Assembly (NCBI GenBank): GCA_014800795.1 | Contig: JAAVFL010000035.1 | Span: 6,869-70,868, forward strand | Source of the DNA: Bacteroidales bacterium | GTDB lineage: Bacteria; Bacteroidota; Bacteroidia; Bacteroidales; Muribaculaceae | DNA: 64,000 nucleotides | Reading direction: 5' to 3' | The notes under the pieces: generated by a model | The model's input: only the letters and a program-made list of their open reading frames with translations | The model's database searches: none | What the model was told of the DNA's origin: nothing | Part shown: positions 49,890 to 59,665 of the stretch, one piece after another | Layout of the letters: each line of letters opens with the position of its first letter | How positions within the stretch are numbered: the first letter of the stretch is position 1 | Program-made: the position numbers and the translations under genes

Positions 49890-50705
49890 TTATTCGGCGG
49901 GAGCCGCTTCAGGCTGTGCGATTCCTTCTTTAGTTGCGCGCTCTTCCATGCGCTTGATGCGTGCGTCGAGGTCGGGGTGCGATGAGAAAAGCTGGTTGAT
50001 CTTTGCAGAGGCGCCTTTCTTTTCTTGTTCGCCCTGGAGTTCCTTTAGTTTCTTGAACGAAAGGGCCATCGACCAGGGGTTTTTACCGGCCGCTTTCAGG
50101 AATTCATAGCCGTAGTCGTCGGCGTCGCGCTCCTGCTTCTGCGAGTAGTTGGCGTTTACAAGCGCCTCGCCGAGCGATCCGAGCTGTGAGTCGGTGAGGG
50201 CGGCTGCCTTTCCGTTGGCCGATGCGATGCCATCTTTCAGGGCGGATGTAAGGAGGGCTGTGCGGAAGGCTTTTTTCGAGTCGTGGTGTGCCACATGTCC
50301 TACCTCATGACCGATAACACCCAGCAGTTCCTCGTCGCTCATGATGTCCATCAGCGAGGAAAATACGCGCACGCTACCGTCGGCGCATGCGAATGCGTTT
50401 ACATCTATCACATCGTAAACCTTGAAGTTCAGAGGTATCCCTTCAACGGAGGTGAGTCCTTCGGTAAGGCGTGCCAGCCGTTGTGTATAGGGGTTATCGT
50501 CGGGGGTGACAGGGTTGTGGGCGTCCATCCAGTCGATGTATTCCTTCACATATTCCGTCATCTGATCGTCGGTAAGCGTGGCAGCCTTTACAGTATTTGC
50601 AGCTGCACCTACAGCTTTTTTAAGATTGAATTGCGCATGAGCTTCTCCCATGCAGACCATTGCGACAACTGCCGCAACAAAACCTTTCAATACAATTGAT
50701 TTCAT
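49890..50705 (-). CDS. M48-family metallopeptidase (secreted).
   Basis: Signal peptide and the HEVGHVAHHD (HExxH) motif. Confidence 0.8.
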   Translation of the reverse strand: MKSIVLKGFVAAVVAMVCMGEAHAQFNLKKAVGAAANTVKAATLTDDQMTEYVKEYIDWMDAHNPVTPDDNPYTQRLARLTEGLTSVEGIPLNFKVYDVIDVNAFACADGSVRVFSSLMDIMSDEELLGVIGHEVGHVAHHDSKKAFRTALLTSALKDGIASANGKAAALTDSQLGSLGEALVNANYSQKQERDADDYGYEFLKAAGKNPWSMALSFKKLKELQGEQEKKGASAKINQLFSSHPDLDARIKRMEERATKEGIAQPEAAPAE

Positions 50706-51141
50706 AAAAACAATTACGGTTAAATTAATCGAAGCGGACTATTCCGGTAATTTAAACTGAATATAGGTTGAATTATTATGTGAATATAGTATGTATCGCG
50801 TAGGATAAAAATCGTAAACAAACCACTGTTTAATGCACCTCAAGGCAGTTTTACAGCGGATTCATTAATGGTTGCAAAGGTACAAAATATCTCCGGACAG
50901 CGCATAAACAGGCGTTATATTTTTGACAGATCTTTTTTTGCATGGTCCGGAGTGATAACAGGAGGTCAAAAAAATATGATGTGGCAAAACTTTCCACAAG
51001 CAAAATGTCGGATGAGTAAATTGGCGGCTTATAGGCTGTTATGGCTTGTCTGTTATAAAAAAAACAAGTCCGGATGTTCGACTGTATATAATCCGTTGAA
51101 GAAAAATGTCAGAAAAATTTTGTCAATTCAAAAATAGTTCC

Positions 51142-51149
51142 TAACTTTG
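51142..51149 (+). promoter_or_regulatory. TAACTTTG (-7 box, TAnnTTTG) upstream of tRNA-Gln.
   Basis: Exact match to the Bacteroidota -7 consensus, about 85 nt upstream of the tRNA. Confidence 0.4.
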
Positions 51150-51232
51150 CACCCGTTGAACGACGAAGGCTTCACTAAATGAATCGGCAAGCGAGCTGAT
51201 GCAGAAGCGTAAGTCAGACATAATTAACACTT

Positions 51233-51303
51233 TGCCTTGTGGTGTAATGGTAGCACGTCGGATTCTGGTTCCGCCTGTGAGGGTTCGAATCCTTCCAAGG
51301 CAA
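51233..51303 (+). tRNA. tRNA-Gln (anticodon CTG).
   Basis: TGCCTTGTGGTGTAATGGTAGCACGTCGGATTCTGGTTCCGCCTGTGAGGGTTCGAATCCTTCCAAGGCAA. The acceptor is TGCCTTG/CAAGGCA, the anticodon loop is TTCTGGT and the T-loop is TTCGAAT. One 27:43 mismatch. Confidence 0.85.
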
Positions 51304-51309
51304 CTTTGG

Positions 51310-51344
51310 AAAGAGCTGAGTTTTTCAACTTGGCTCTTTCTTTT
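51310..51344 (+). terminator. Rho-independent terminator after tRNA-Gln.
   Basis: A 13-bp stem AAAGAGCTGAGTT / AACTTGGCTCTTT with a TTTC loop, followed by CTTTT. Confidence 0.7.
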
Positions 51345-51457
51345 ATTATAACGATGTGGAATATCTAAGTGAAAAATATCTGGAACCGGTTGTAGAGCGG
51401 ATGTACGTATACATACGTATACATAAGTATGTGTTGCCGACTATTTGATGTGGGCAA

Positions 51458-52345
51458 TCAGTAGGATTGATCACAGTTGCCGCAATCGGAACAGCCGTTG
51501 CAGGTCATACGCGACCCGCATGTGTCACAGTGGGGACGGAATCGCGGTACGTACATCTCTGCCGGGAATAACAGATTGTCGGCAGGGGAGAGAAGTTCAA
51601 AGATCGGTTTCCCATTATAATGACTTAGTCCCGAGAGGTATGCCTGAAGACTTTGGGTGCGTTTGGAAGGGATGCGGTAGGTTCTGCCGTCTTTTATAAA
51701 TAAGGTTCCCGTCTCTATGAAGTTGAAGGTGACGTTGTGGCGCGCACATTGCTCCGAGAGGTTGCGGACCCATTCGTAGCTGCACGGACGGGCACCGTCG
51801 TAGTTCTCGCCTCCGCACAATACTTCCTCGATCTGACCTGTGGCAAGGTATCGCTCTGCATCTACCGCTCCTATGAACGGTGCTGCCATAAATCCCTTAT
51901 GGCAGGCGGGAATGTCAAGCAGCAATGGAAGCCGCTCATCGGCTCGCCTTTGGTTCTCGCAGGTTACGGACAGCATAACGTTCGGGTATCCCTCATTCCA
52001 ATCTGATGGCAGGCACTCCCTGATTCTGTGAGCCCGCTTCGTAAGAAGCCGGAATGCAATGTCGCTGCGTTGGCGCATCATTCTCCATGTGTCCGCACGC
52101 CATTGGTCGGCTTCCTCAACGAAAAAATCGGTCGACAATCCCACATATATCTGCATACCTGATTTCAGCCGGAAGTTTCCGTAACGGTCGCGCTGAAGCG
52201 GAAGGTTGAAATTGGCCGTACGTGTCACAAGCGAGGTGTCTATACCACGCTTCCTGTCGAGGAAATACATGTAACAATGCTCGCAGCCCTCGCTTATTCT
52301 GTGGCAGCCGTGCCAGGGGTTCCATATAATCATGTCGGTATGCAA
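51458..52345 (-). CDS. DUF5131 (phage Gp37/Gp68-like) family protein with a Cys-rich C-terminal tail.
   Basis: MIIWNPWHGCHRISEGCEHCYMY is the hallmark N-terminus of DUF5131. The C-terminus is CDTCGSRMTCNGCSDCGNCD. Confidence 0.75.
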   Translation of the reverse strand: MHTDMIIWNPWHGCHRISEGCEHCYMYFLDRKRGIDTSLVTRTANFNLPLQRDRYGNFRLKSGMQIYVGLSTDFFVEEADQWRADTWRMMRQRSDIAFRLLTKRAHRIRECLPSDWNEGYPNVMLSVTCENQRRADERLPLLLDIPACHKGFMAAPFIGAVDAERYLATGQIEEVLCGGENYDGARPCSYEWVRNLSEQCARHNVTFNFIETGTLFIKDGRTYRIPSKRTQSLQAYLSGLSHYNGKPIFELLSPADNLLFPAEMYVPRFRPHCDTCGSRMTCNGCSDCGNCDQSY

Positions 52346-52702
52346 AGATATAAACCTTCAGCTGTTTCCGCAAATTATTCGGACAATGAATTAAAACAAG
52401 TCATGTAAGTTCACCCTACGATGAAATAATACATTTACGGCGAACTGCTTGCAGGAGTAAATATTAATCGGGCCACCAAGTTAAATTATATATTTACTGC
52501 CTGACAACAATATGCCTGACAGGCCTGATAATTTAGTTGTTTTGGCAACATTATTGTTTTAAAGTCAGGCGGGAAATTGTTACATTTGCATCGCGCAATG
52601 TATGCGCTATGATAATTTTACCTGTCGCAGACGGAAAATCGGTGTGGCGGGTGTTATAGCAATATAGCTTTACTTTTTTGAGATAGAGATATTGAAAATA
52701 TT

Positions 52703-53566
52703 ATGGAAGAGAATAAAGAAATAAAGGTTGTTACCGGTAAGGAATTCGGTGGCGAACGTGCGCTGTTTGCCGTAAAGAATGTGAAACTCGTAGATTGCAC
52801 CTTTCATGTAGGTGAGTCGGCTCTGAAGCGCACCGTAGGCATCGAGGCAGAGCACTGCGTGTTCGAAGGAAAGTATCCGTTCTGGCATACCGACGGATTT
52901 CGTATCGCCAACTGCACCTTTACACCCGGAGCCCGCGCCGCCCTCTGGTATTCGCGTGATCTGGTGATGAAACATACGCGTGTGGATGCGCCCAAGATGT
53001 TCCGCGAGATGGACAATCTATATATCGAGGATGTCGAGATACCTGATGCCCAGGAAACCCTGTGGGGATGCCGCAATGTGAAATTACGCGATGTAAAGGT
53101 AGCCAATGCCGATTATCTGTTCATGCATGGTGCGGACATAGATATTGAAAATTACCGTCAGGATGGCAACTACTCATTCCAGTATTGCCGCAATGTCGTG
53201 ATACGCAATGCTGTCATAAATTCCAAAGATGCTTTCTGGGAAACAGAAAATGTAACGATCTACGATTCGGAAATCAATGGCGAATATCTCGGATGGCATT
53301 CGAAGAACCTTCACCTCGTACGTTGCAAAATAAACGGAACACAACCGCTCTGTTACGCGGAAGGACTTGTGATGGAAGATTGTGAGATGGGCGACGAGTG
53401 TGATCTCGCTTTTGAAGACAGTTCGCTTGAAGCTACCGTAAATTCAGGCATCGTCAGCGTGAAAAATCCGAAGACTGGTCATGTGAAGGCTCTCACTATA
53501 GGTGAAATAATTCTCGACTCAAATATTCTTGAACCGGCTGACTGCGTAATAACCACTGAGATATGA
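52703..53566 (+). CDS. DUF3737 family protein (beta-helix-like repeats).
   Basis: 287 aa with repeated ~20-aa units (…VKLVDCTF…, …FRIANCTF…, …VKLRDVKV…, …VVIRNAVI…, …LHLVRCKI…). Confidence 0.6.
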   Translation: MEENKEIKVVTGKEFGGERALFAVKNVKLVDCTFHVGESALKRTVGIEAEHCVFEGKYPFWHTDGFRIANCTFTPGARAALWYSRDLVMKHTRVDAPKMFREMDNLYIEDVEIPDAQETLWGCRNVKLRDVKVANADYLFMHGADIDIENYRQDGNYSFQYCRNVVIRNAVINSKDAFWETENVTIYDSEINGEYLGWHSKNLHLVRCKINGTQPLCYAEGLVMEDCEMGDECDLAFEDSSLEATVNSGIVSVKNPKTGHVKALTIGEIILDSNILEPADCVITTEI

Positions 53567-54753
53567 ACAGCCGGTTCGATCAGATCGTGAACCGCCGTGG
53601 CAGCGGGTCATACAAGTGGGATTCGGCACAGGACGGTGATGTGATACCTCTGTGGGTGGCCGATATGGATTTCCGTACAGCACCGGTGGTAGTCGAGGCT
53701 CTGGAGCGCAGAGTAGCCCATGGCGTATTCGGATATACGCTTGTAGGAGATGATTACTACAAGGCTCTGACCGAATGGTTCTCAACGCGCCATGGCTATA
53801 GTTTCGACCGCTCGCAGGTGATATACACCTCAGGTGTGGTTCCTGCGATATCGGCAATCATCAAGGCTCTTGTGAAGCCTGGAGATGGAGTTATAGTTAT
53901 GACTCCTGTCTACAACTGTTTCTTTTCATCGATCCGCAACAACGGTTGCGTGCAGATTGACTGTCCGTTGCGCCGTGTGGATCTTCCCGACGGTCTGTTC
54001 ACATATGAGATTGATTTCGAGCGGTTCGAGCAATGCGCTGCCCGCAAGGATGCCGCCATGTTCCTGCTGTGTAATCCTCATAATCCGGCAGGACGGATAT
54101 GGAAACGAAGCGAATTGGCACGGATCGCAGAGATATGCCGGCGCCACGGAGTGAGGGTTGTAAGTGATGAGATTCACTGTGAGCTTACCGCTCCGTGTAG
54201 TTCATATGTGCCGTATGGTCCGGTAGATGCCGATGTGAACCGCGATAATCCGCAGGCTATAGTATGCCTGTCGCCTTCAAAGGCGTTCAACACAGCAGGA
54301 CTGCAGATTGCCAATATCGTATGTCCTGACGAGGATGTGCTTGCACTTGTGGACAGGGCTATAAACATTAATGAGGTGTGCGATGTAAATCCGTTCGGGG
54401 TGGAAGCTCTCAAGGCATCTTATACTCCCGAGGGGGAAGCGTGGCTTACCGAGTTGCGCGATTACATATGGGACAATTACCGCTTCACTCTGGAGACATT
54501 GCGGGGTGAGCTGCCTCAATGTCCGGTAAGTGTTCTCGAAGCCACCTATCTGCCATGGGTTGATGTAAGTTCACTTGGTATTCCAGCCGAGGAACTTGAG
54601 GAGATCCTCACCCGTGAGGCAAAAGTATGGGTCAACTGCGGGGAGATGTATGGAGCCGGAGGTTATATACGTCTGAATATAGCATGTCCCCGCGAGATTC
54701 TTGCCGAGGGGCTGAGGCGACTGACAGGATGGATTCATGCCCATTGCAGTTAA
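53563..54753 (+). CDS. MalY/PatB-type PLP-dependent C-S lyase (cystathionine beta-lyase-like).
   Basis: FDQIVNRRGSGSYKWD N-terminus and SPSKAFNTAGL (PLP lysine). Confidence 0.85.
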   Translation: MNSRFDQIVNRRGSGSYKWDSAQDGDVIPLWVADMDFRTAPVVVEALERRVAHGVFGYTLVGDDYYKALTEWFSTRHGYSFDRSQVIYTSGVVPAISAIIKALVKPGDGVIVMTPVYNCFFSSIRNNGCVQIDCPLRRVDLPDGLFTYEIDFERFEQCAARKDAAMFLLCNPHNPAGRIWKRSELARIAEICRRHGVRVVSDEIHCELTAPCSSYVPYGPVDADVNRDNPQAIVCLSPSKAFNTAGLQIANIVCPDEDVLALVDRAININEVCDVNPFGVEALKASYTPEGEAWLTELRDYIWDNYRFTLETLRGELPQCPVSVLEATYLPWVDVSSLGIPAEELEEILTREAKVWVNCGEMYGAGGYIRLNIACPREILAEGLRRLTGWIHAHCS

Positions 54754-54864
54754 ACGTCAGATTTAATTGAGTTATCCGTGACTTATCCGTAAGCAGATAA
54801 CGGGTCACACAACAGATATTAGTTCGTTTTGATAAAGTTAATTCAATCGGGCACTCCACTGAGC

Positions 54865-56286
54865 ATGCGTCAGCGGCTTTCGCTTACGGCGCAGCTTGCC
54901 TGGCCTGCTATCATGGCTCAGCTGTCGAGCATATTGATGCAATATATCGACGCTGCTATGGTGGGGCGTCTCGGAGCCGACGACAGCGCTGCAGTGGGAC
55001 TTGTAAGTACGAGTCTATGGCTTTTTTGGGGATTATGTTCCTCGGCAATGGTTGGGTTTTCCGTTCAGGTTGCTCATCGCATCGGAGCTGCCGATTATGC
55101 CTCCGCCAGGTCCGTACTCCGTCAGGGGCTCGGAGCGGCTGTGGTGTTCGGTCTCTTTATGGGGGTGATCGGATGTGCTATCGCCGACCCTCTTCCAGGA
55201 TGGCTCGGAGGTGAAGGGGCTGTATGCCATGCCGCTTCGGTATATTTCTTTGTGTTTGTGGCCGCTCTTCCTTTGCTGACGCTGAATTATCTTGGCGGGG
55301 GAGTGCTGCGTGCTTCAGGCAATATGAAAGTGGCGGGTGGATTGAATGTGCTGATGTGTGTGCTTGATGTGATATTCAATTTATTTCTCATCTTTCCAAC
55401 CAGAACCCTTACGCTGGGTGGTGTTGAAGTGTCACTTCCGGGAGCCGATATGGGTGTGCTCGGGGCCGCCCTCGGAACTGTAGCTGCCGAGGTGGTGTCG
55501 GCCGCTCTGATGCTGTGGTACGCATGCTTCCGCCAGCCGGATCTGGCTATTTTCGGCCGTAAAAAGAGGGAGAGAGTGGCGTCAGCCGTTCAGTCGGCAG
55601 AGCATGCTGTGGAAGGATTTTTCCGACGTTTCCTCCCTTCTGGCAAAGTATTGCGCAACGCTCTGAAAGTTTCGGCGCCGATGACACTCGAACATGGGGT
55701 TATATGCGGCGCGCAGATTGTGGTTACGGTGATAGTGGCGCCGCTTGGTGTAATGGCTATTGCGGCAAATGCTTTCGCCGTGACTGCAGAGGCGCTTTGT
55801 TATATGCCGGGCTATGGAATCGGCGACGCAGCCACAACGCTTGTCGGACAGAGCTACGGAGCCAGACGTAAGGACCTTGCCCGCCAGTTCGGTTATCTTA
55901 CAGTCGGGCTTGGAATGGCAGTTATGACAGTGATGGGGGTAATTCTATGGTTCGGTGCTCCAGCCGTGATGGAACTCCTGTCACCGGTGCATGATATTCA
56001 GCGGCTCGGTGTTTCGGCGCTTCGTATAGAGGCATGGGCCGAACCTATGTTCGCTGCCTCCATCGTGGCATACGGCGTGATGGTAGGGGTCGGCGATACG
56101 ATTATCCCGGCGGCCATGAATTTTTCAAGTATCTGGCTTGTGCGTCTGCCGATAGCAGCCTTTCTTGCTCCTTCGATGGGGCTCGACGGTGTATGGCTGG
56201 CGATGTGTATCGAGCTATGTTTCCGTGGAATCATATTCCTATGGCGTCTGTTCAGCGGTGCATGGTTACGCCACGGACTTAAGTGA
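54865..56286 (+). CDS. MATE-family efflux transporter.
   Basis: 12-TM pattern with the LAWPAIMAQLSSILMQYIDAAMVGRLG N-terminal signature. I moved the start to ATG 54865. Confidence 0.85.
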   Translation: MRQRLSLTAQLAWPAIMAQLSSILMQYIDAAMVGRLGADDSAAVGLVSTSLWLFWGLCSSAMVGFSVQVAHRIGAADYASARSVLRQGLGAAVVFGLFMGVIGCAIADPLPGWLGGEGAVCHAASVYFFVFVAALPLLTLNYLGGGVLRASGNMKVAGGLNVLMCVLDVIFNLFLIFPTRTLTLGGVEVSLPGADMGVLGAALGTVAAEVVSAALMLWYACFRQPDLAIFGRKKRERVASAVQSAEHAVEGFFRRFLPSGKVLRNALKVSAPMTLEHGVICGAQIVVTVIVAPLGVMAIAANAFAVTAEALCYMPGYGIGDAATTLVGQSYGARRKDLARQFGYLTVGLGMAVMTVMGVILWFGAPAVMELLSPVHDIQRLGVSALRIEAWAEPMFAASIVAYGVMVGVGDTIIPAAMNFSSIWLVRLPIAAFLAPSMGLDGVWLAMCIELCFRGIIFLWRLFSGAWLRHGLK

Positions 56287-56704
56287 GCAGAACTTTTTCC
56301 GGGTCGATTGGTATCTTTATACTGAAACCGTTCACATCCTGCCATACCAGCAATATTGTCATCTTCTCATGGCTAAGCGCCTCCATCCCTTCTTTGAATT
56401 TATCGTTTACGAGATTCGCCCGGAACTCTTCAACAGCAGATTCTTCGAGTTCCGACAGATCTTCATGCTGAATCTGTGCGAGATTTATGAACGGACGGCA
56501 AAGGAAGCTGATAATTAGCTGGTTACCCTTTATTTCAGCTTTGGAGTCGTCAAAAAGACCGGTTTTGGCTTCTTTCGCGCGGAATATAGGCGAGTTCAGT
56601 TCCTCAACCATAGCTTCTATGGCGCGTCCATGGCGGTTACATGAAGTCATGGGAACGAGCAATGTGAAAATAAGCAGCAGTCTGAAAAGAATACGGGTTG
56701 TCAT
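56279..56704 (-). CDS. Hypothetical lipoprotein.
   Basis: MTTRILFRLLLIFTLLVPMTSC lipobox when started at ATG 56704. Confidence 0.55.
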   Translation of the reverse strand: MTTRILFRLLLIFTLLVPMTSCNRHGRAIEAMVEELNSPIFRAKEAKTGLFDDSKAEIKGNQLIISFLCRPFINLAQIQHEDLSELEESAVEEFRANLVNDKFKEGMEALSHEKMTILLVWQDVNGFSIKIPIDPEKVLLT

Positions 56705-56840
56705 ATGAATTTTGTGTGGTTTGCTGTTCAGTGCAGGCAAAATTACAAAAAAAATTGAAATGCGGTAAGCAATTAAACCTTTTCGGTTGTTTAGATATCT
56801 ATAGAATACAACGAACTTAAAATTTCAGGAGGATCACATT

Positions 56841-57815
56841 ATGAAGAAACTTGTGCAGACAGTGACAGCCTTCCTGGTCGCTTTCGCCATGATAGCGGCT
56901 CCCGTAGCCGATGCCCAGACACGCGGTAGAGGCGGCAACTCAACCTCTTCCGGAGCTAAAGCTCCTAACCGTCCGTCGAATAACGGAAGTAGCCGCCCGT
57001 CGAACTCCTCATCGGGTAATCACGGTAATGCCAACCGCCCGTCCGGTGGCAGTCAGTCGGGTTCCTCTCGGCCCGGCAATTTCGGTCAGAGCCATTTCCG
57101 CCCTGATCACAATCACGGGAATAACTCAAACAGCGGTAATCACAATGGTAACCATAATTACCATCCTGACAATAATCGCCCCGGTAATAATAATCATCAT
57201 CAACACTACCGTCCCGGTAACAACCCCGGTCACGGGCAGCAGCAGCCTCCGCATATGCGTCCGCAGGGACACGGTCCGCAGGTGAGCCATGGAAATGCCC
57301 GGCCGCCGAAGCCTATGCGCCATGACAACCATTTCCATCACCACGTGCCTTTCTTCGGAACGTTCAAACGTCCCGTCCCTCCTCCCAGATGGCACTATTC
57401 CGGCGGAGGTCCTATTTTCGGAACAATTCTTGGCGTAGCGCTCGGAACAGCCATCGGAGCAAGTATAAATGCACTTGTCAACGGCGGCTATACCGTCAGC
57501 AGTTATGGCAACGATGTAGTGTATCTCAACAATGTTCCGCAGATGAATTTTTACTGGCCTGATGCCGCGTTGTATTATACTAACGGTGTACTCACAGGAT
57601 CACAGTTCACCTATTCTTCAGGATTCTACGATATGAGTCGCTACAACAGCCTGTATAACACGTTCAATATGCAGTATGGCATGCCGGTGCAGACTGTAAA
57701 CAACGGCGGTGTAATCTCTGCTACATGGTATGGTGCAGGAGGACGGTATGTGAATCTGTCGTTTAATTCCAACTATGCAGGCGGATACTATACAACCCTC
57801 TCTTTCGGTAACTGA
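56841..57815 (+). CDS. Secreted/membrane protein with a roughly 150-aa His/Asn/Gly/Pro-rich low-complexity region.
   Basis: Signal peptide MKKLVQTVTAFLVAFAMIAAPVADA. Then ...GNHGNANRPSGG...HNHGNNSNSGNHNGNHNYHPDNNRPGNNNHHQHYRPGNNPGHGQQQPPHMRP..., followed by a Gly-rich hydrophobic segment and an aromatic-rich C-terminal domain. Confidence 0.6.
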   Translation: MKKLVQTVTAFLVAFAMIAAPVADAQTRGRGGNSTSSGAKAPNRPSNNGSSRPSNSSSGNHGNANRPSGGSQSGSSRPGNFGQSHFRPDHNHGNNSNSGNHNGNHNYHPDNNRPGNNNHHQHYRPGNNPGHGQQQPPHMRPQGHGPQVSHGNARPPKPMRHDNHFHHHVPFFGTFKRPVPPPRWHYSGGGPIFGTILGVALGTAIGASINALVNGGYTVSSYGNDVVYLNNVPQMNFYWPDAALYYTNGVLTGSQFTYSSGFYDMSRYNSLYNTFNMQYGMPVQTVNNGGVISATWYGAGGRYVNLSFNSNYAGGYYTTLSFGN

Positions 57816-57860
57816 TATTAATTTATTTAACTCTCCGGCTATCAATAAGATAACTGAACT

Positions 57861-59591
57861 GTGAAAAAAGATTTTGCGCATTTGCGCGACTCCCGCAGCA
57901 TACGATGGGAAACCCTGCTTCTGGCAGGGCTTCTCATCGTTACTTTTATTCCGTTTCTTTCCGAAACGCTGTTTACAACCAAAGGTGAGCCACGCGAGGC
58001 TGTGGTGGCTGTGTCGATGCTCGGTCAGGGCAATTGGATTCTTCCCGTGAGTTTCGGAACCGATATGCCATACAAACCTCCTATGCTCGCATGGTGCATA
58101 GCGTTTCTCGGGTGGCTAAACGGGGGAGTTGTCACCGAGTTTCTCAGCCGTCTGCCGTCTGCTGTGGCGGCAGTTGCGATGATACTTCTGACATTCAGGT
58201 TCTTTGCCCGCCGAACATCGGTGGAAGTCGCATTTGGAGCCGCTCTTATCACGGCCGGCTCGTTCGAAGTGTTCCGTGCCGCGACGATATGTCGCGTGGA
58301 TATGCTGCTTACATTTTTCCTTGTGGCATCGCTTTATACGCTTTATCGTCAGTGGGAGAAACATCCGGCGGGAACGTGGGCTCCATCCTTTGCAGGAGCC
58401 CTTCTGATGAGTGGGGCAGTGCTTACGAAGGGGCCTGTAGGCATGCTGTTGCCATGTATGGTGCTGTTCGTGTTCCGTATGCTGCACGGGGAACGTTTCT
58501 GGCAGACAGCAGTGAGCCTTGCGCTGTCGGGGTTGTTGTCGCTGATCATTCCGGCGCTGTGGTATATAGAGGCTTTCCGTCAGGGGGGAAACGAGTTTCT
58601 CGACCTTGTTCTGGAGGAAAATTTCGGGAGGTTTACCGGAAGCATGAGTTATGGATCGCATGAACATGGAATCCTATATAATTTCACCTCACTTCTGTCG
58701 GGATTCGCTCCGTTCACTCTTTTGCTCCTCATAAGCCTTTTCGGGAAACCGTGGAGGGGAGTCGCTTTCAGGTGGCGTGGCGCAGGATGGCTGTCACGAA
58801 TTTGCAATACCGATCCCGTAAAACTTTTTTCGTGGCTTGCCGCCATAGTTATCCTGCTGTTCTATTGCATTCCTAAAAGCAAGCGCAGCGTATATCTTTT
58901 GCCGATGTATCCATTCATGGGATATCTTATGGCAGTGTATGCACAGCGTCTCGGGCGCATAGCTCCACGCACACTGCGCGCTTTCGGATGGGTGCTTGCT
59001 TCATTGGGAGCGTTAGCTTCTGTGGCGCTTCTGCTCATTATGACGGGTATCGTAGCGCCGTTTGGCTCCGGATCAACCAAGGTTCTGATTGAAACTCTGG
59101 TCGGTGAGGGACATCGCCTTCTGCCCCCGGCAATGTGCTATCTGACACTGATCGGAGCTGTGATACTCGCCATGGTTCTGGCACGACGTTCTCCCTGGGT
59201 TGTGGCAATCGGTTCGTTCAGCTATACACTCGTGATATATTGGATGGTTCAGGCAGCCGCTCTCCCAGCATCGATGAACATGAAATCTGATAAGGTGATT
59301 GCTGCCGGGATTGAGCGTCTCACTGATCGGTCTGAACCTATTTACTCTTTCCGCTATGGTAAGATGGATCGTTTCTATACGGTAAATTATTATCTTGGCG
59401 ATCGCCTTTTGCGATTCGATGCCGAATTTCCATCAGACGGTCTGTTGCTCATCGCTCCCCACGATCTTCCATCCTTTTCCACCAATATAGCTCCGGGCTA
59501 TACTTTTACTCCATTCGCCTCACTCGGGCGTTCCGGTGAGGTAAAAGCCGATCTTGCATTATACAGGTTCGAACGGGAAAAAATAAATTAG
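57861..59591 (+). CDS. Glycosyltransferase family 39 (ArnT/PMT-like membrane glycosyltransferase).
   Basis: 576 aa, polytopic, with an ArnT-like N-terminal loop (…GEPREAVVAVSML…YKPPMLAW…). GTG start. The stop codon is TAG (59589-59591). Confidence 0.75.
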   Translation: MKKDFAHLRDSRSIRWETLLLAGLLIVTFIPFLSETLFTTKGEPREAVVAVSMLGQGNWILPVSFGTDMPYKPPMLAWCIAFLGWLNGGVVTEFLSRLPSAVAAVAMILLTFRFFARRTSVEVAFGAALITAGSFEVFRAATICRVDMLLTFFLVASLYTLYRQWEKHPAGTWAPSFAGALLMSGAVLTKGPVGMLLPCMVLFVFRMLHGERFWQTAVSLALSGLLSLIIPALWYIEAFRQGGNEFLDLVLEENFGRFTGSMSYGSHEHGILYNFTSLLSGFAPFTLLLLISLFGKPWRGVAFRWRGAGWLSRICNTDPVKLFSWLAAIVILLFYCIPKSKRSVYLLPMYPFMGYLMAVYAQRLGRIAPRTLRAFGWVLASLGALASVALLLIMTGIVAPFGSGSTKVLIETLVGEGHRLLPPAMCYLTLIGAVILAMVLARRSPWVVAIGSFSYTLVIYWMVQAAALPASMNMKSDKVIAAGIERLTDRSEPIYSFRYGKMDRFYTVNYYLGDRLLRFDAEFPSDGLLLIAPHDLPSFSTNIAPGYTFTPFASLGRSGEVKADLALYRFEREKIN

Positions 59592-59665
59592 GAGGAGGAG
59601 ACGGCTTAGCGCGGGCGAAACAATATCACAGTGGCGCGTTGGCTTATTCTGATGCGGCGGCCGGC

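Noticed and set aside
50868-51137. 89-aa ORF in the M48 / tRNA-Gln intergenic region.
   Set aside because: It lies in an AT-rich region that also holds promoter boxes for the flanking genes. The sequence is Lys/Arg-rich with no motif, so it is probably noncoding.
51233-51303. tRNA-Gln as the amber suppressor for the phage.
   Set aside because: The anticodon loop reads TTCTGGT, so the anticodon is CTG (normal CAG decoder), not CTA. It lies in host DNA with its own promoter and terminator. It is one substitution away from a suppressor, but it is not one.
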